Origin: the human T2T-CHM13v2.0 reference genome, Homo sapiens
DNA: 64,000 bases
Assembly: GCF_009914755.1 (NCBI RefSeq)
Contig: NC_060928.1
Reading direction: 5' to 3' (one strand)
Under the pieces are notes generated by a model, which was given only the letters and a program-made list of their open reading frames with translations, was not told where the DNA came from and did no database searches. Numbering within the stretch: the first letter of the stretch is position 1; each line of letters opens with the position of its first letter. The translations under genes were made by a program, and so were the position numbers. Shown here piece by piece: positions 1 to 13,908 of the stretch.

Positions 1-519
1 CCCTGGAAACCTCCTACATTCCCTTTCTGCTTTCTCTGGAACCCTTCTTGGGAGGGTTAAGGAAGTGACTCTGCAGATTAGGTGATAAGTGATTAGAAAG
101 CACTCCGAAGACCACACTGATAGATAAGTGAAAAATAACAAAGCTCCCGGCAGCTTTAGGGAAAAGTGCAGAGCTGCAGCCACTGGCCATTTTATCAGAG
201 GCTCTTAGGTAGACTGAGGCTTTCCCTGAACAGTGTTTGGATGATCCCCACAAAAACAGGATGGAAACACACTCAAAGCAGATACGCGCAAAATGGTGCA
301 TTTAAACCCCAAAACAAAAGGCACCAAAACTGGATGGCAAAGCCTGGGCATAGACAGAAGCCAGGGGCAGAGGTCACAGGGCCAAGGATCAGCCAGATAT
401 GGCTTCCATGGGAAAAGGACATGATCCTGGGATGGCTTAGAAAAAGAGTGACATGTAAAGGCCAGGAAGCACTCTTTGTTTTACTGGCGTGACACTGTTA
501 TTTGACTTCTGTGTCCTAC

Positions 520-860
520 TTTGGCTCCAGCATCTACAAAATGGCATGTAAAAAACTTATAGGGGCACAGAGGGCAGCAATAGCCATAATTAAAGGGATG
601 GAAGAAAGGTTCTCCAAAGCAAGATGAAAGGAATTGCATTGTTTATCCTGGAGGAAAAAAGGTTAAGGGGTGACAGTGACTGTATTCAAATATAGGAAGG
701 GTTTTGGAGGGACACTCATCCACTCCTCTGCAGGGTTTGGGGGAGGAAGAACTGACAAAAAGCAACAGGTTTAAATGAAATGCTGATGTGGTACAGGGCC
801 CTGGAAAAGCTGACGGTTCTTCAGACAGAAGGAAGAACTTATGGAAAGGCAGGGTAACCC
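520..860 (+). mobile_element. L3/CR1 LINE fragment, very old
   Basis: gtttatcctggaggaaaaaaggttaaggggtgac...ttcaaatataggaaggg...aagcaacaggtttaaa resembles the CR1/L3 3' region; boundaries approximate. Confidence 0.5.
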
Positions 861-959
861 AAAATATAGGCTGACTAACATGGATCTTAGACTTAATATG
901 TCCAAAATAGAATTTCCGGTTCTTTGCTCCCCACTCCTGAAAACAATACCAACATCTAC

Positions 960-1835
960 TGTGTTGGCCAAGTAAACATTTCAAGAAATCATTCACATTT
1001 CCTTCCCTCCTCTACCTGCTCCAAATCCAGTCCTTCAGCAGACCTTGCCACAAGAAGATCTGAATTTGATCAGTCTTCAGTCTCCACTGCCACTTCCCCA
1101 GTCCAAGCCATCATCATCACTTGCTTGGACCCAGCCAGGAGGAACCTTATATTCTCCTTCAATCCATTCTCCAGACACCTGCTTTAAAACATTTATATTT
1201 ATTTATCTGACACATGGTTTCTCTCTGTCGCCCAGGCTGGAGTGCAGCAGCATCATCATGGCTCACAGAAGCCCTGACTCCCTGGGTTCAAGCAATCCTC
1301 TTGCCTCAGCCACCCAAGTAACTGGGACTCCAGGCATGCACCATGGTGCCCAGCCCGGGTGCTTTTTAGAGCATAAATCAGACGATGTTACTTGCCTGCT
1401 TAACACTATTCAAAGACTTCCCATAATGCTTAAAACTCGCACTTTTGACCATGGTCTTCCAGGCTGTGCATCAGCTGGCTCCTGCCCTCTGCTGAACCCT
1501 TATCTTACCCACCCTTCTCTCCCTGCTGCTCTCTTGAGCCACATTGACCTTCTTGCTGTTCCTGAAAAGCCAGCTTTGCTCTCTTTGTGCCAGCTGCTCC
1601 CTTGGCTGGAACACTCTTGACCTAGCTCTTCCCTTGGCTGGCTCCTTTTGTCATTCTGTCTCAGCTCAAGTGTCACCTCCATGGGCCTTCTCTGGCTACT
1701 AGAAAGTGCACACTCTGAGAGTGAGAACTTTATCCACCTTGTTCATGACGGTATTCTCAAGCCTTGGACAGGCAACTGACACGCTGGGGTGATGCAATGA
1801 ATATTGGTTGAATGAAAAAATAAAATGATGAATAA
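960..1835 (+). mobile_element. L2 3' portion interrupted by an Alu monomer
   Basis: L2-type motifs (ccactgccac...gtccaagccatcatcatcacttgcttggac; cagctcaagtgtcacctcc) ending in an L2-like tail aatgaatattggttgaatgaa. Confidence 0.7.
1190..1357 (-). mobile_element. Alu right-arm monomer (FRAM/AluJ-type)
   Basis: ctgtcgcccaggctggagtgcag...ggttcaagcaatcctc...gcccagcc; single arm only. Confidence 0.85.
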
Positions 1836-2366
1836 AAGAATACCGTGATAAAAGTAGGTTGTTACTTGCTATCCCAAGAGAGCTGGAGATGAGAAAAAGA
1901 AAGTGTTGTGCATGGTTTATACCACCATGGACTAGATGATATTTTGGACTTAGAGATTCACAGGGCTGTGCACTTTTGAAGTGAAGTGAGGGCCTTGCCT
2001 CCTCCATTGAGGTCCCAGAGAAGAGTAAAACCCAGTGGGGCATCATCCTTATCAGGGTCAGAGAATTTTAGGGGAGTTTCTCTGAGCAAGAGAAAAAGCA
2101 CAGAGGGCTGACCTTAAGTCTCAGAGGGCAGCCACAGTGGAAGGAGAAAAAGATGGGGATTTAAGATCTGCTATCTCACTTGAAAACCATTGAGTTGGAT
2201 CACCTGTCAGGATGAATTGAAGTTACTATTTTCCTTCTTCTTCATAAAGAATCGTTAGAGACTGGGTACCTCCCTTACTCTTCCTGAGGGCGAATCTCTA
2301 GCACTACCTCCATAACATTTATAAGGCCCTTGTGGTTCCACGTTCCCATAGAAAATGCTATGAGCT

Positions 2367-2820
<454 letters not shown>

Positions 2821-3725
2821 TTAGCCAAGGCCTTTTGAGCAAGGTTGATGTAATCTATTTTATTTTTGCCCTAATTTCCCTAAAGAGCTGAGGAATAGTC
2901 TTTGGGGGGGCTCTATAAATGCTAATGATTGATTCACACACCTCACAGAAGGCATAACTCTGGTAGGTTTTTAGTTGGCTTTGCTGCTCTTCAGTTCAAA
3001 ATCCCAAAGTGTTATCATCAGGTGGCTGGTGGAGTGGAAGATAATGGAAATAAATTTAGAAACTTAATTTAAAAATAATTTGTGAGCCCCATCACCCCAA
3101 AAGTCCTAGTGGTCACAATTTTAATTATGTCTTTCAGGTTTATAGCCCTGATTTTTTACATTTAAGATTGTTTCTAAAATGTTTGAGAATGGTCAGTAAA
3201 AATCTCCTCACATTTAGAAATACAAGTTACTATTTACTGCCCATATTAAAAAGTATTTCTTAGACTGCATCTGTATCCTGGGATCTGCCAGCGATACACA
3301 TGACCATAGGATAGGAGGACAGACCGGAACACGGACTGGATTCTTTATAAATCAATAATCAGCGGAGGGGTGAGGGGCTGTCACTTTGGTGATTTCATTT
3401 TCAGCCACAGCTGGCCAGATTGCTTTTTGGAAAATAAAAGTCATGGCAAATTGAGCTTGACAATAACCAGGCTTGACTATGGAGGCCCTTTCTCCACCCT
3501 GCAATCAGAATGAGTGGAGGAGGGGAGGCCGACAGGGAAAGATGTTTCCCCGAATCTGTCACAGATCAGTCTTCGTTATGTTGTAGGGCGCAAGCCATAT
3601 GCTGCTACTGTAAGTGCTGTTCTCTGTCAGCTTGCAGACTCTGCTCTGTTCCCTCGCCCCTAGGCCAGCAGATGCGCTGCCATTCCTGACTTCCAGTTCC
3701 TTATGAAGACCATGTAACCTAGAGC

Positions 3726-3909
3726 CATGCTGTCCGAGGCGGTACCCACTATTTACATTTAAATTTAATAAAATTAAAAATTCATTTCTGCAGGCGTGTC
3801 AGCCACTTTTCAAGTGTTCATAGCCACACTTGGCTAGTGGCTACTATATTGGGCTGTGCAGGTACAGAACATCTCTCCCATTCCAGAAAGTTCCATTGGA
3901 CGGCTCTGA
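3726..3909 (-). mobile_element. MER3 (hAT-Charlie) MITE
   Basis: tagccacacttggctagtggctactatattgg...agaacat...cagaaagttccattggacggctctg matches the reverse complement of MER3. Confidence 0.8.
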
Positions 3910-4268
3910 CCCAGAAAACTCAATTGGTGCCAGGAGGCCCTTCCTTCTTTGTTCACAGATTCTGAGGTCTTTACCTTTGCGGTAAAGAAGAGAATTGGGT
4001 GTACTGAATTTGAGAATTCTCTGGTTGCCATGCATCTACCTAGAAAGCAGACACCACAAATACTGTCACTCAGGACACAGTTCAAACAACCTCAAGCCAA
4101 GGAGAGACTCTTAACCAACCTCAAATGTGCATGTGCTTATTCTGCCAAACTCCAGAAGACAGGTGGAATGCTTTACCTTGTATTTTCCCCCTTTTCATTG
4201 TTTCTCCTGAGTAATCCTTGAAAAAACTGCTTTTTATTGTCTACATGTGGCTGTGCATGGGTCGCCCA

Positions 4269-4588
4269 TTTCTTTCTTTCTTTTCTTTCTTTTTTTTTTT
4301 TTGGAGACAGAGTCTCGCTCTTGCTCTGTCACCCAGGCTAGAGTGCAGTGGCACCATCTCGGCTCACTGCAACCTCTGCCTCCTGGGTTCAAGTGATTAT
4401 CATGCCTCAGCCTCCTGAGCAGCTGGGATTACAAGTGCGCGCCACCATAGCCAGCTAATTTTGTATTTTTAGCAGAGACGGGTTTTACAATGTTGGCCAG
4501 GCTGGTCTCAAACTCCTGGCCTCACGTGATCTGCTCGCCTTGGCCGCCCAAAGTGCTGGGATTACAGGTGTGAGCCACTGCACCTGAC
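4269..4588 (-). mobile_element. Full-length Alu (AluS)
   Basis: T-rich tail followed by reverse-complement Alu ending ccaaagtgctgggattacaggtgtgagccactgcacctg. Confidence 0.95.
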
Positions 4589-5818
4589 AAGTGTTGCATA
4601 GTTCTGACGGCAAAGAATTACACAGGCTCTGATAATTCCCCTTTGCTCATAGGAAACCATCAAAATCATCATTTTATCTTTGTTAGAATGCTCAGCACTC
4701 ACATCCCTATGCCCAACTACTATAACTGGTTTCACTAGCTCCTTACCCAAAATGCATTACTCTCTGGATGTTGCTTGAATTGTGTATTATAAATTCTTAA
4801 ATTTTTAATTTATTTACCACCGTCAAAGGTGTTGTACATCATCACTGAAAAATAGAGTTGCAGAGGAAAACCCAGAAACACTCTACAACATGAAGCAATA
4901 TAACCCACCCACATTTTCCTATTTGGATCATAATTTATGCTGCACAATTCAGTTGCCTCACTTTTGGGGCCTGAACAATGAAAGGGAAAGCCTTTTATAT
5001 CTACAAATAGATATAAAGCCAGAGAGTTCTATAGTTTAAAAGGTCGAGGTATGCTGTTTAAATTTGGCAAACTTCATGATATTTAAAAGTTTGGTAAATC
5101 TCAAAATCCCAGTTCTATTACTAGATTGTTGTGGTAGGAGCTCTCTTCTAATGATCTCAGAGCATTTTCATATATATATATATAGTCTGTACAGCACACC
5201 CATTACGGCTATTTTCTCTACTAGCTTCATTTGTTCTCCTGCATTAGGCAGGATTAACTATTAATATTGTTCTAATTTCACAGGTGGGCAAAGTGGGGAG
5301 AATGTGGTAAAACACTCAGGCTTCACACAGGGCAGTGAAGTGTGGTTTTACTTTTAGGGCACTGAGCTCAAGCCAAGCTTGTTCCATGGCTGGGGCATGA
5401 CACTGGTTTCAACACCAGCCATCTATTCATGGTGATGCTGTTACTCCTTAAAAACTTGAGAAAATATCTGGCACCCTAAGGTCAAGGTGGTTTACTAAAA
5501 TGAACAGCATAAAATGCTAAAGATGAGAAAATCCCCATGTGCAACCACCCATCTGTGTTCTTTGATAGAATAATAATATGAGTGTCAGTTTGGTCCAACA
5601 GAGGCTGAATTGGACTGGATGGAAGGGTTGCTGGATACCACGGGGAACTGTTCCATGGAATGCAGCATTGAGGGAACTTGTTGAGGAGTGGAAGGGAGGG
5701 GACAAAGAGATTTGAGTAATAAATCTAGATTTATATGCCCATCCCGTAAATCATGACGAGTCAAATCAGTTTTTAAAAAAATCAGCCAAACATTTTTCAA
5801 TACTTTCACTGACTTTTT

Positions 5819-6117
5819 ATTATGATTTTTTTAGAGACAAGGTCTCACTTTGTTACTCAGTCTGGAGTGTAGTGGCACAATGATAGTTCACTGCAGCCTC
5901 AAACTTCTGCACTCAAGCAGTCTTCCTGCCTCAGCCTCTCGAGTAGCTTGGACTATAGGAGCTCACTACCATGCCCAACTAGTTTAAAATATTGTTTTGG
6001 TAAAGATGGGGGTCTCACTATGTTGCCCGGGCTGGTCTTAAACTTCTGGCCTCAACCAGTCCTCCCACCTCAGCCTCCCAAAGTGCTAGGATTACAGGTG
6101 TGAGCCACTGTGCTGGG
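5819..6117 (-). mobile_element. Full-length Alu (AluJ)
   Basis: Diverged Alu with J-type gttcactgcagcctcaaac; TSD actgacttttt on both sides. Confidence 0.92.
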
Positions 6118-7439
6118 ACTGACTTTTTGATCAAGCTGGCATGGTGAAACTAATATTAACAGTTTACATGGACACAAAGATAAAAGTGTTAGCTGATATA
6201 TATATGTAGAAAAGTGGCTTTCCCCACTTTAACAGGGCTCTTAGGAGGGCAATAGACATGCTAAATGGAGGTGGGCCTTCCTGGTGCCCCTTTTGGTTGT
6301 CCTGTAATGAATGACAAAGTTCAGCCAAGGATCAACTGCAAACTGAGCTTCTTTACTGCCGAGGAGCTGGCCAGAGCTAGTGGTGTGCGCACCCAGAACC
6401 TGCAATGTCTATGGGTGAGGCTTCACTTAAGACAGGAGGCCTCTGATGTCAACCCCACAGCTCTGAGCTGCTGGAACATCTTTGGGGCTCAAGTTGGGAA
6501 TCACCTTTCACCTAAAAATATTTTTTCCCTCCATCTTTCAGATGGAGATTTGCAACATTCAAAGTAGAGCCTTACAATTGTATTTGCTGCCCTTTCCTAT
6601 GCTCCAAATTTGGCTTTAGGCTGCCTATTTTCAGTGTTTGGGAACCTCAAAAAAGGAGCAATGCATAAAACTTCCAGCTGATAGGAATCCTTCCCCAGGG
6701 CTTGTCATTTAGCTGCAGCTCCAGCAGGCATTTTGAATGAAGGGGAAAAAAGGACATACAGCCTCGCTAAGTACAGGGGCCTTAAAGAAAACACGGTTCT
6801 TAAAGCCCTTTTGTCCTCTGTCTATCTGTAGCACAGGATAATGAAAATGGATACATGTTGCCTGTTGTTCCTATGTAAATGCTACCTCGAGGACACAGTC
6901 TTCACCAGGCAGATGGCTAATTTCTTTGCTCTAACCTCATTTCTCCAGTATTCCGGTGTTCCTGTGACGTCCTGCTCCTGGAGTCAGGTCCTAATTGTTG
7001 TCAAGCGTTCAGAGACAAAAGTGGTGTCTACACATCATTCATGTGAAGGCTGTTACTGGCTATGAACTGTAGTTGTGGTGGCAGCAGCAGTGACTGCAGT
7101 GGCTGCAACACAAACCTTATGGCAGGTAGTACCTGCTGGTGTGGAGCTGCTCAGAACCTGCCTTTCTGCTTCCAAGTGTCAAGCTGAACATTTTCCTTTG
7201 TTATCGCTTCCAGCCCCTGGACTCCAACATGCTGAAAGCCCTGTGTCTTTCTGTTGGGATCAATACCCGCTTCTTTAACTGTTCCTCTCTGGTTCAGACT
7301 GTCTCTCGGCATCATTCTGACCATGCAAATCTGGGGATGCCCAAGAGAGGGCTCATTTGTCTTGTCACAGATTTGGGGGGTGCTGGTTAACTTGTGGCCC
7401 CTTGGAAACCCCACTGCCACCGAGCAGTCAGGTAATCCT

Positions 7440-8110
7440 AATAGCCAGGACCCTGCCAGTCAGCGATTGGCCGTCTGATTGGATGCACATTCATCTTCAA
7501 GTTATGTTGTGTGACAGCCCGGGCTGCTGAACACCATTTTAACACGCAGATTGACTCCTCGGAGGCTCTTCATTATGCATTTAGCGGTCTGTTTTCAGAC
7601 TAACCAGCATGTCAGAGAGGCCCGCTATCCTCTTTCCACCTGGGTGGAGGAAATAGCTCACTGACTGTGGGGGAGCCACAGATATTAAAATGCATATGTT
7701 TACCTTCCTGAGCATCCGCACACAACAGCTTTCTCTGATGCAAGAGAAGAAAAAAGAAGAAAGGACCCTTGGTTCTGAAATGCAAGGAAAATGGCTAGCA
7801 AAACAAGCGAGCCTTTGTTGATGAGAGCAGTCAACAAGGCCAGGCCCGCCTGATGCCGCCCAGCTGCCCGCAAGCCGACCTGGGAGCGTCCACACAAGCA
7901 CTCCTCTTATCGACACACAGACCCTCTCTTTCTCTCTCACACAGAGCCTGAAGCATTTTAAGCAGAACACTTCCAATTTCCTGTTTCTAAAACCATCTTG
8001 CCTCTCCAATGGCATTCCAAGCGATCCTGGCGAGGCACGGGATGAGGGAGAATGGTGTTGGTTTAGGTGGCTTCCACTGCAGGGCTCTGGGCTTACTTGC
8101 GAGGCTCCAG
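7440..8110 (-). promoter_or_regulatory. Alternative promoter / first-exon region
   Basis: Repeat-free with locally raised CpG; two ATTGG (CCAAT) boxes at 7466 and 7478; ETS-like acttcc/ttcctg near 7970-7985; minus-strand donor at 7703. Confidence 0.55.
7704..7715 (-). CDS. TMCC3: Coding end of an alternative first exon, MLRK, phase-0 donor
   Basis: Minus strand reads gtgtgcgg ATG CTC AGG AAG|gtaaac. It matches a recalled TMCC3 isoform start, MLRK(VERHDMNTLSLPL...); the downstream exon is not in the window. Confidence 0.5.
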
Positions 8111-8516
8111 GCCCCTTCTTTACCCACCCCTCTTCTCTCCCTGCTGTGATTGACTTCCACTTGCTAAAAATACTTCCCTATGGCCTCTCGTTGTTCCTGC
8201 ATGAGTGCTGATGTTTTCTTGTGTGCGTGTGTGGGTCGCCTTTCTCAAGAATCTCTTTCCATTCCTTAAAAAGAAACATTTGTATTGCTTTTAATACAAT
8301 TCTCATCTCTTCCCACTTAGTCCCCCAATGTACTATTCTCTCCATTCTTCTGAAGGACCAATTAAACTGGAAGGGTACTCAGTTCTTTGGGCCTTTGCTA
8401 TGCGCTACGCCTTGGCCAAGTCTGCAGCCCCTGCCCTCATCTCCGATCACTCTCTTGCTTCATTTCTTTGTTGTCACCAGAGAAAGATCCTGGAGAGGTT
8501 TAGAAGGCTAGCTTGG

Positions 8517-8750
8517 TTCTCACAAGTGGGAGCTAATGTGTGCACGTGGACATGGAGTGTGGAATGATAGACATTGGAGACGAGGAGGGGTGGGAGGGTG
8601 GAAAGAAGGTAGATGATGGGAAATCTCTGAATGGTACTATGTACATACCTTATTCGGGTGATGTATACACTAAAAGCCCAGATTTCATCATCACACAACA
8701 TAGCTGTATAACAAAATTACACTTGTACCCCTTACATTTGTACAAAAGAA
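8517..8750 (+). mobile_element. 5'-truncated L1PB 3' end
   Basis: gtggacatggagtgtggaatgatagacattggagac...cactaaaagcccagatttca...ttgtacccc; flanking repeat ggctagcttgg. Confidence 0.85.
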
Positions 8751-9580
8751 GAAGGCGGCTAGCTTGGACACAAACACTCATGAGGCCAGGGCCGATACCT
8801 GGATTCCTAACTGACAGACACCCAGCCACATGGCTCCTGGGTGCTCAATGTCTGAACCACAGCCTGCCCCTCAGCTTCTGGGTCCTCCCACACGGTGCCG
8901 GATCCTGATACCAAGACCGAGGACATGGATGGGGTTTTGCTGTTTACATGCTTAAAATATTAATAATCAGAGTTCACTTTCATAGGGCTCTGGGCAGAAA
9001 ATAAAATGACAGCAGAGCTGTATTCCTAATTCCCCTGGAAGGGCTGTGAAGGAGGAATATAATGGTTCCCTATGCTTGCTCTGGGATCAGAGTGTTCTTG
9101 ATGAGTGAATTGGGCAGTAAACACAGCTCTTTATTTTTGTACGGAATGTGGTGATCCCCACTGGCAGGAACAGGTTGCATGTGGTTGCTGGGCTGTTGCT
9201 TGGCTGGTGCTGCACTGCGGAGTATTGTTTGGAAAAATATCACCCAGCACGAACAATATGGCTCCCCAGCGCCTGGGGCACTGCATGGAGAGATCTGTCC
9301 CTTCATTCACATATCTCTGCACTAATTTTTTTTTTCCTGTGATAAAACAGATTTCCTGAATTTAAAATGCTACTGAGGGTTTTGGGTGGTGGAGCTATGC
9401 TGTGTTTTAAGAAAAGTCCTTGATTGGCAAGTGAGCAGGGGGCAGCTTGTGGTTTGGAAGCTTCTCATACACAGAGAAGGGGGCCTGGGAATTCTAATGA
9501 CAATTTAATAGCGGCCTGCCACATGGTCTAGGGAAAGTAATTAAATCTTGAATTTTAAGTTCCCGATGGTAAAATGGGGG

Positions 9581-9958
9581 TGTTATGGACTGAATTGTGT
9601 CTCCCACCAAAATTCATATGTTGAAGTCCTAACCCCCAATATCTCAGAATGTGACTGTATTTGGAGACAGGGCCTTTAAAGAGGTAATTAAGTGAAGTCA
9701 TTAGGGTAGGCACTAATCCGATATGGCTGGTGTTCATCTAAGAAGAGGAAATTTGGACACAGACATAGAAGGGTGACCATGTAAGACTGGAAGAATATGG
9801 CTGTCTGCAAACGAGGCAGAGGCCTTCAGAAGAAACCAACCTGGCCAACAGCTTCACCTCAGCCTTCCAGCCTCCAGAGCTGTGAGAAAATAAATGTCTG
9901 TTGTTTAAGTTACTCAGGCTGTGGGACTTTGTTATGGCAGCCCAAGCAGACTAAGACA
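9581..9958 (+). mobile_element. MLT1B solo LTR (ERVL-MaLR)
   Basis: TG...CA ends: tgttatggactgaattgtgtc...gcagactaagaca, with internal aataaa; colinear with the MLT1B consensus. Confidence 0.9.
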
Positions 9959-12206
9959 AGGCGTATGAGTGCTAATGTGCTTTAAGGATGTGAGAAACCA
10001 TGGAAAGGGGAAAAGTGGAGTCTCACGGTATTTGGGGGATTGATTTCAGGCATCATTTTAGCTGATATATGGCTTATGAAGAGTGGCCAGTAAATCTCAG
10101 CCCAGATGCTAATTTCACAGGGACTAGGTGGAAATTGGGTTGTTTTCTGTTGGCTAAATACCTGTAAAAGTGTGGTTGCTCTTTAGCTTCTTGTGCGTAA
10201 GGCAGAAGTGACATCTTGAACTGAGAAAATGCTGTGAAGGACCTATCTGGCCCTTCAAATAAATCTCTAGATTTTTGTTTGAGCCAATCAATCAGTTCTC
10301 CAAGGTGTCAGCTGGTAACAGACATATCTGTCAATACAACAGTACTGCCGTCACCGGGCAGGCTGTGTTCACAGCAGGAAGCATGGCTCAGTAGTTACTT
10401 ATATTTGGGAAATGGATAACCCGGGATTATGGGTTTCAGGAGGTGAGGTTAAAGTGGGGTCAAGGGCCAGGTTAATGCTAGTACAGTTTCCACTGGAGAA
10501 AGACAGCACGATATATTGACTTTAGGGAAACATGTTTCTAGCCTTGCTCCCCACCCCTGCTTATTCCACCCGGGGACATCCCTTGTCAGAGCCTACACCA
10601 GACTGTGCCTCAGAGACACAGCCCTGCCAATTGCTGCAGTGGGAAATGCTGAATCATGAGAGTACAGGTGGAGGAAAAATAAATATTCTGTATGTAATAG
10701 AAAAATTGAACATGCCTCAGTTGGGTTTGCCACTGAGCCTTTTTGTTCAGCTTTCCCTTCCCGGCTGTGAGCAGCACTCTACTGAACCTTCCTCGTTCTG
10801 CAGCAGCGCTCCGTCCTGCGCCCCACAGGGGATTTCCTTACACTTCACTTACTCATTCTCAGCTGAACAGACATAAATGTTAATGTAGTTCTGTGCCCCT
10901 TAATCAAATACAGGTCCCCTCCTGGAACAGGGAGATCTACAACTACGGAACACTGGCTAAAGACCATCTTCTATCTTTGTTACATATTCTTTTTTGTTGA
11001 ATTCACTAAGTGTTGCCTTTTTATACCATGGGACACTAGAACCAAGGAGGAAGTAGCCCTTTCTAAATTATTATTATTCCTGTTCTCTGTATCACACCTT
11101 CTTTTCCTTCTTCAAAAATGCCATTTTCCAAGTCAGCAAGCTTATATAAATCCCAAGTCTCACTACTTTTCTAAACAATTTTCAAGTCTCTTTTCTGGGA
11201 TTTAATATCTCCTGTGATAACCCAAACTGGACACAGAATAGCACTAATGTTTTATATGTTATCTTAAATTTTCTGTATTATTTTTTATTTTAACCCCAAG
11301 CATCCTATTGGCTTTTTAAATTGCTGCTGCACACCAGACAGATATTTTCCCCAAGTTATCAACCATGACTCTTAAATTATTTTACTATGAGTTCAGAGCC
11401 TATCAGAGATTATGAGAAGTTTGGATTATTTTTCCCAAAGTGCATTACTTTACACTTAACCAAATTAAATTTCATCTGCTTTCACACTACCCAATCCCCT
11501 AGTTTGTTTAGCTTTGCCTGAAGTGTCTCATAGCAATCCTTAATTTTTTATTAACCATGTCAATTTGAAGCTTTGTACTTAACTCTCTACTTTAGGGCTT
11601 TTGCCATCTATTCTTGTTACACTTTTGGAAACCAGTGGGTTTTAAAAGGTGTGGAATGAAGCATTATTTGGTGAGATTCTATGCTAAGTGACATGTAAAA
11701 GATCCCAACAAGTTAATGAGGACAGTCCTGAAGATGAGGCACCAGAGTCCAATTCAACCTCAAGAAGCACCTTTATTTCTGTGCTGAGAATAAATGATCC
11801 TAAAATGTTTCCCATTTCTTTTCGATATTACATTGAAAACTCAGTGAGAAATCCTAGCAGACAGCTCATTTTCCTGTACAGGCACCTTCTATCCTGGCTT
11901 CTTTTCCAACCTGTGGTGGCAACAGGGGGCTTGTCAAATGGAGCCTTCCGCACTCCCTCCCATTTCTCTCTCTTCAAGGTGGCATTTCTTTTAATTGAAT
12001 AGAAACTAGAATCAGTTAGTTTGCTAGATGTTTTTTCATGATTATTTCCTGATTTCTTATCTTAGATACCAAGAGAAAGATATGTCACATCCTGTCTCCA
12101 GTTCTTTTCTCCTCGCTGTCTCCAATCTCTTTCTCTATATATCCTGAAGAGAACCTCACATCTGACAGAATGAAATCCTCCCATTTTTAAAGTTACCAAT
12201 AAGAGT

Positions 12207-12674
12207 GTGGCTAAAACTGCTAGGTGCCTACCATTGTCCCTATTTTTAGCTGGGCCTGTTGCTAGCAAGCTAAAAGACTATAATCTTTAACTTCTCTTGC
12301 AGATAGGGATGGCCAAGAAACTAAGTTTTGGTCTATGAGATACAGTGAAATTTTGAATAGCTTTTCTTAGAAATTTCCGTCAAAGAGGACATGCCTCCTT
12401 CTTCTGTTCCTAGAACAGAAGTTCTGCCTGGAATTCTTATGTGATGGCTGGAGCTCTAGAAGCCATTGATAGACCATGAGGGTCACAACCTAGGGATGGC
12501 AGAGTGGAGAGTGGGCTTGAGTTCTTGATGACTTTGTGGAGCTGCCAGAGTAGCCCTGGATCACTTTCTTTGTGAAAGAAAAATAAACTATGCTGTTTAA
12601 ACCACTGTTGTGGGGAAGAAGAGGAGGAAAGAAGACCTTTGTTATTTGCAGCTGTATTTAATTTTTACTGATAC
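12207..12674 (+). mobile_element. Old MLT1 (J/I-type) solo LTR
   Basis: gatggctggagctctagaagccat...ggagctgcc...aaataaac...tgtttaaaccactgtt...ctgataca. Confidence 0.75.
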
Positions 12675-12774
12675 AGAAAGACTTGACTTAGGTTTATTTC
12701 ATATAACCAAGGCCTTTTAATGCTAGAGTAGCCTTAGAGATCATCAAATACAATCTTTTCAAATACAGGCCAAT

Positions 12775-13625
12775 TCGTTGTATTTGCTGAACACCTATCA
12801 CATGAAAGGCAGTAGACTAGGTGTCATAGGGTATACAAAATGCTACAAAATGTGGTTTTTCCCTTAAAGGAGATTTAATCACTAAGCTGATAATAACACA
12901 GGCAGAATGTGGCAAGCATCTTAAAAGAGGAACTCACAGTGTTCCACGGAAACACTGGGAGGATTAGAATTGATTAGGGGTTGGGGTGGGGTAGTCTGGA
13001 CCTAAGAAGTCTTCACAAAGGGTGTTGGAGCTGAGTCTGGAAGAAGAGTAGTATTTCACAAGAGGGGTGGGTAGAGGGCAAGCAGAGTCTAGAAAGCAGA
13101 ATCTAGAAAGAGGGATCCTCATGAGCGAAGCGGAGCACACAGCAGGTTGAGTCCGTGTGTAGGAGCTGCTAGCAGCCCAATGTGACTAGGCACGGGTGGA
13201 TGTGAAGGCATGGCAGGGGGAAGGCCTGGGTGGGGACACTGCAGGGTTTTGAATGTCATGTAAGCAGTTTTAAAAATTATTAGTCTGTAAGTACTGAGGA
13301 GCCACTAAAGTCTTCTGACCAAAGAAGTGATATATAATTTTTTTTTTGACCATGTCTTGGAACAGAGAGAGAAAGTATTGAAGATTAAACAGAACAGTTA
13401 GAAAGTTAATTCAAAAGTTGTTTTTTGTTTGTTTGTTTTTGTTTTTCCAACCTCAACTATGGCAATGTTGGTGAATTCAGAAAGGAGAAGGGTGATGAAA
13501 CAGGTGTGGAGGGACTTGGACATGGGGGTCGAAGGTGACTAAACTTGGGTGACTGAGAAGCTTGTGAACTTGTCAACTAGATTTTGAATATGCTGAGCCT
13601 GAGGTGCCAGTGTGAGAATCCCAGG
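12775..13625 (-). mobile_element. L2 fragments
   Basis: tatttgctgaacaccta...gagctgagtctggaag...ggagccactaaag...ttttgaatatgctgagcctgaggtgcc; boundaries approximate. Confidence 0.6.
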
Positions 13626-13866
13626 AGAAGTCTAGCTGACTGTGGGAATGTAGGACATTCAGACCTTGTTGGGAAGCTCAAATGGAAAACTGCAATTATT
13701 CAGGCACTTTTAACTAACGACTCTCTCAGGACCCAGGACCAACAAATTTCTTTGAGGATGGTGTTCTCATCTCTGGGGCAGACGGCTTGGGAGAAACAGG
13801 TAGGGGTCACCGAGGAGGAAAAGGGCCACCCACCTAGGCTGTGAGATGTGTCAACTCCACCCTAGT

Positions 13867-13868
<2 letters not shown>

Positions 13869-13908
<40 letters not shown>

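Noticed and set aside
1045-1620. 191-aa ORF
   Set aside because: Spans an L2 and an Alu monomer; TTG start; no domain recognised
10847-10853. Minus-strand GTAAGT donor
   Set aside because: Poor exonic context (TGA|GT) and no clear upstream acceptor or promoter; expected by chance
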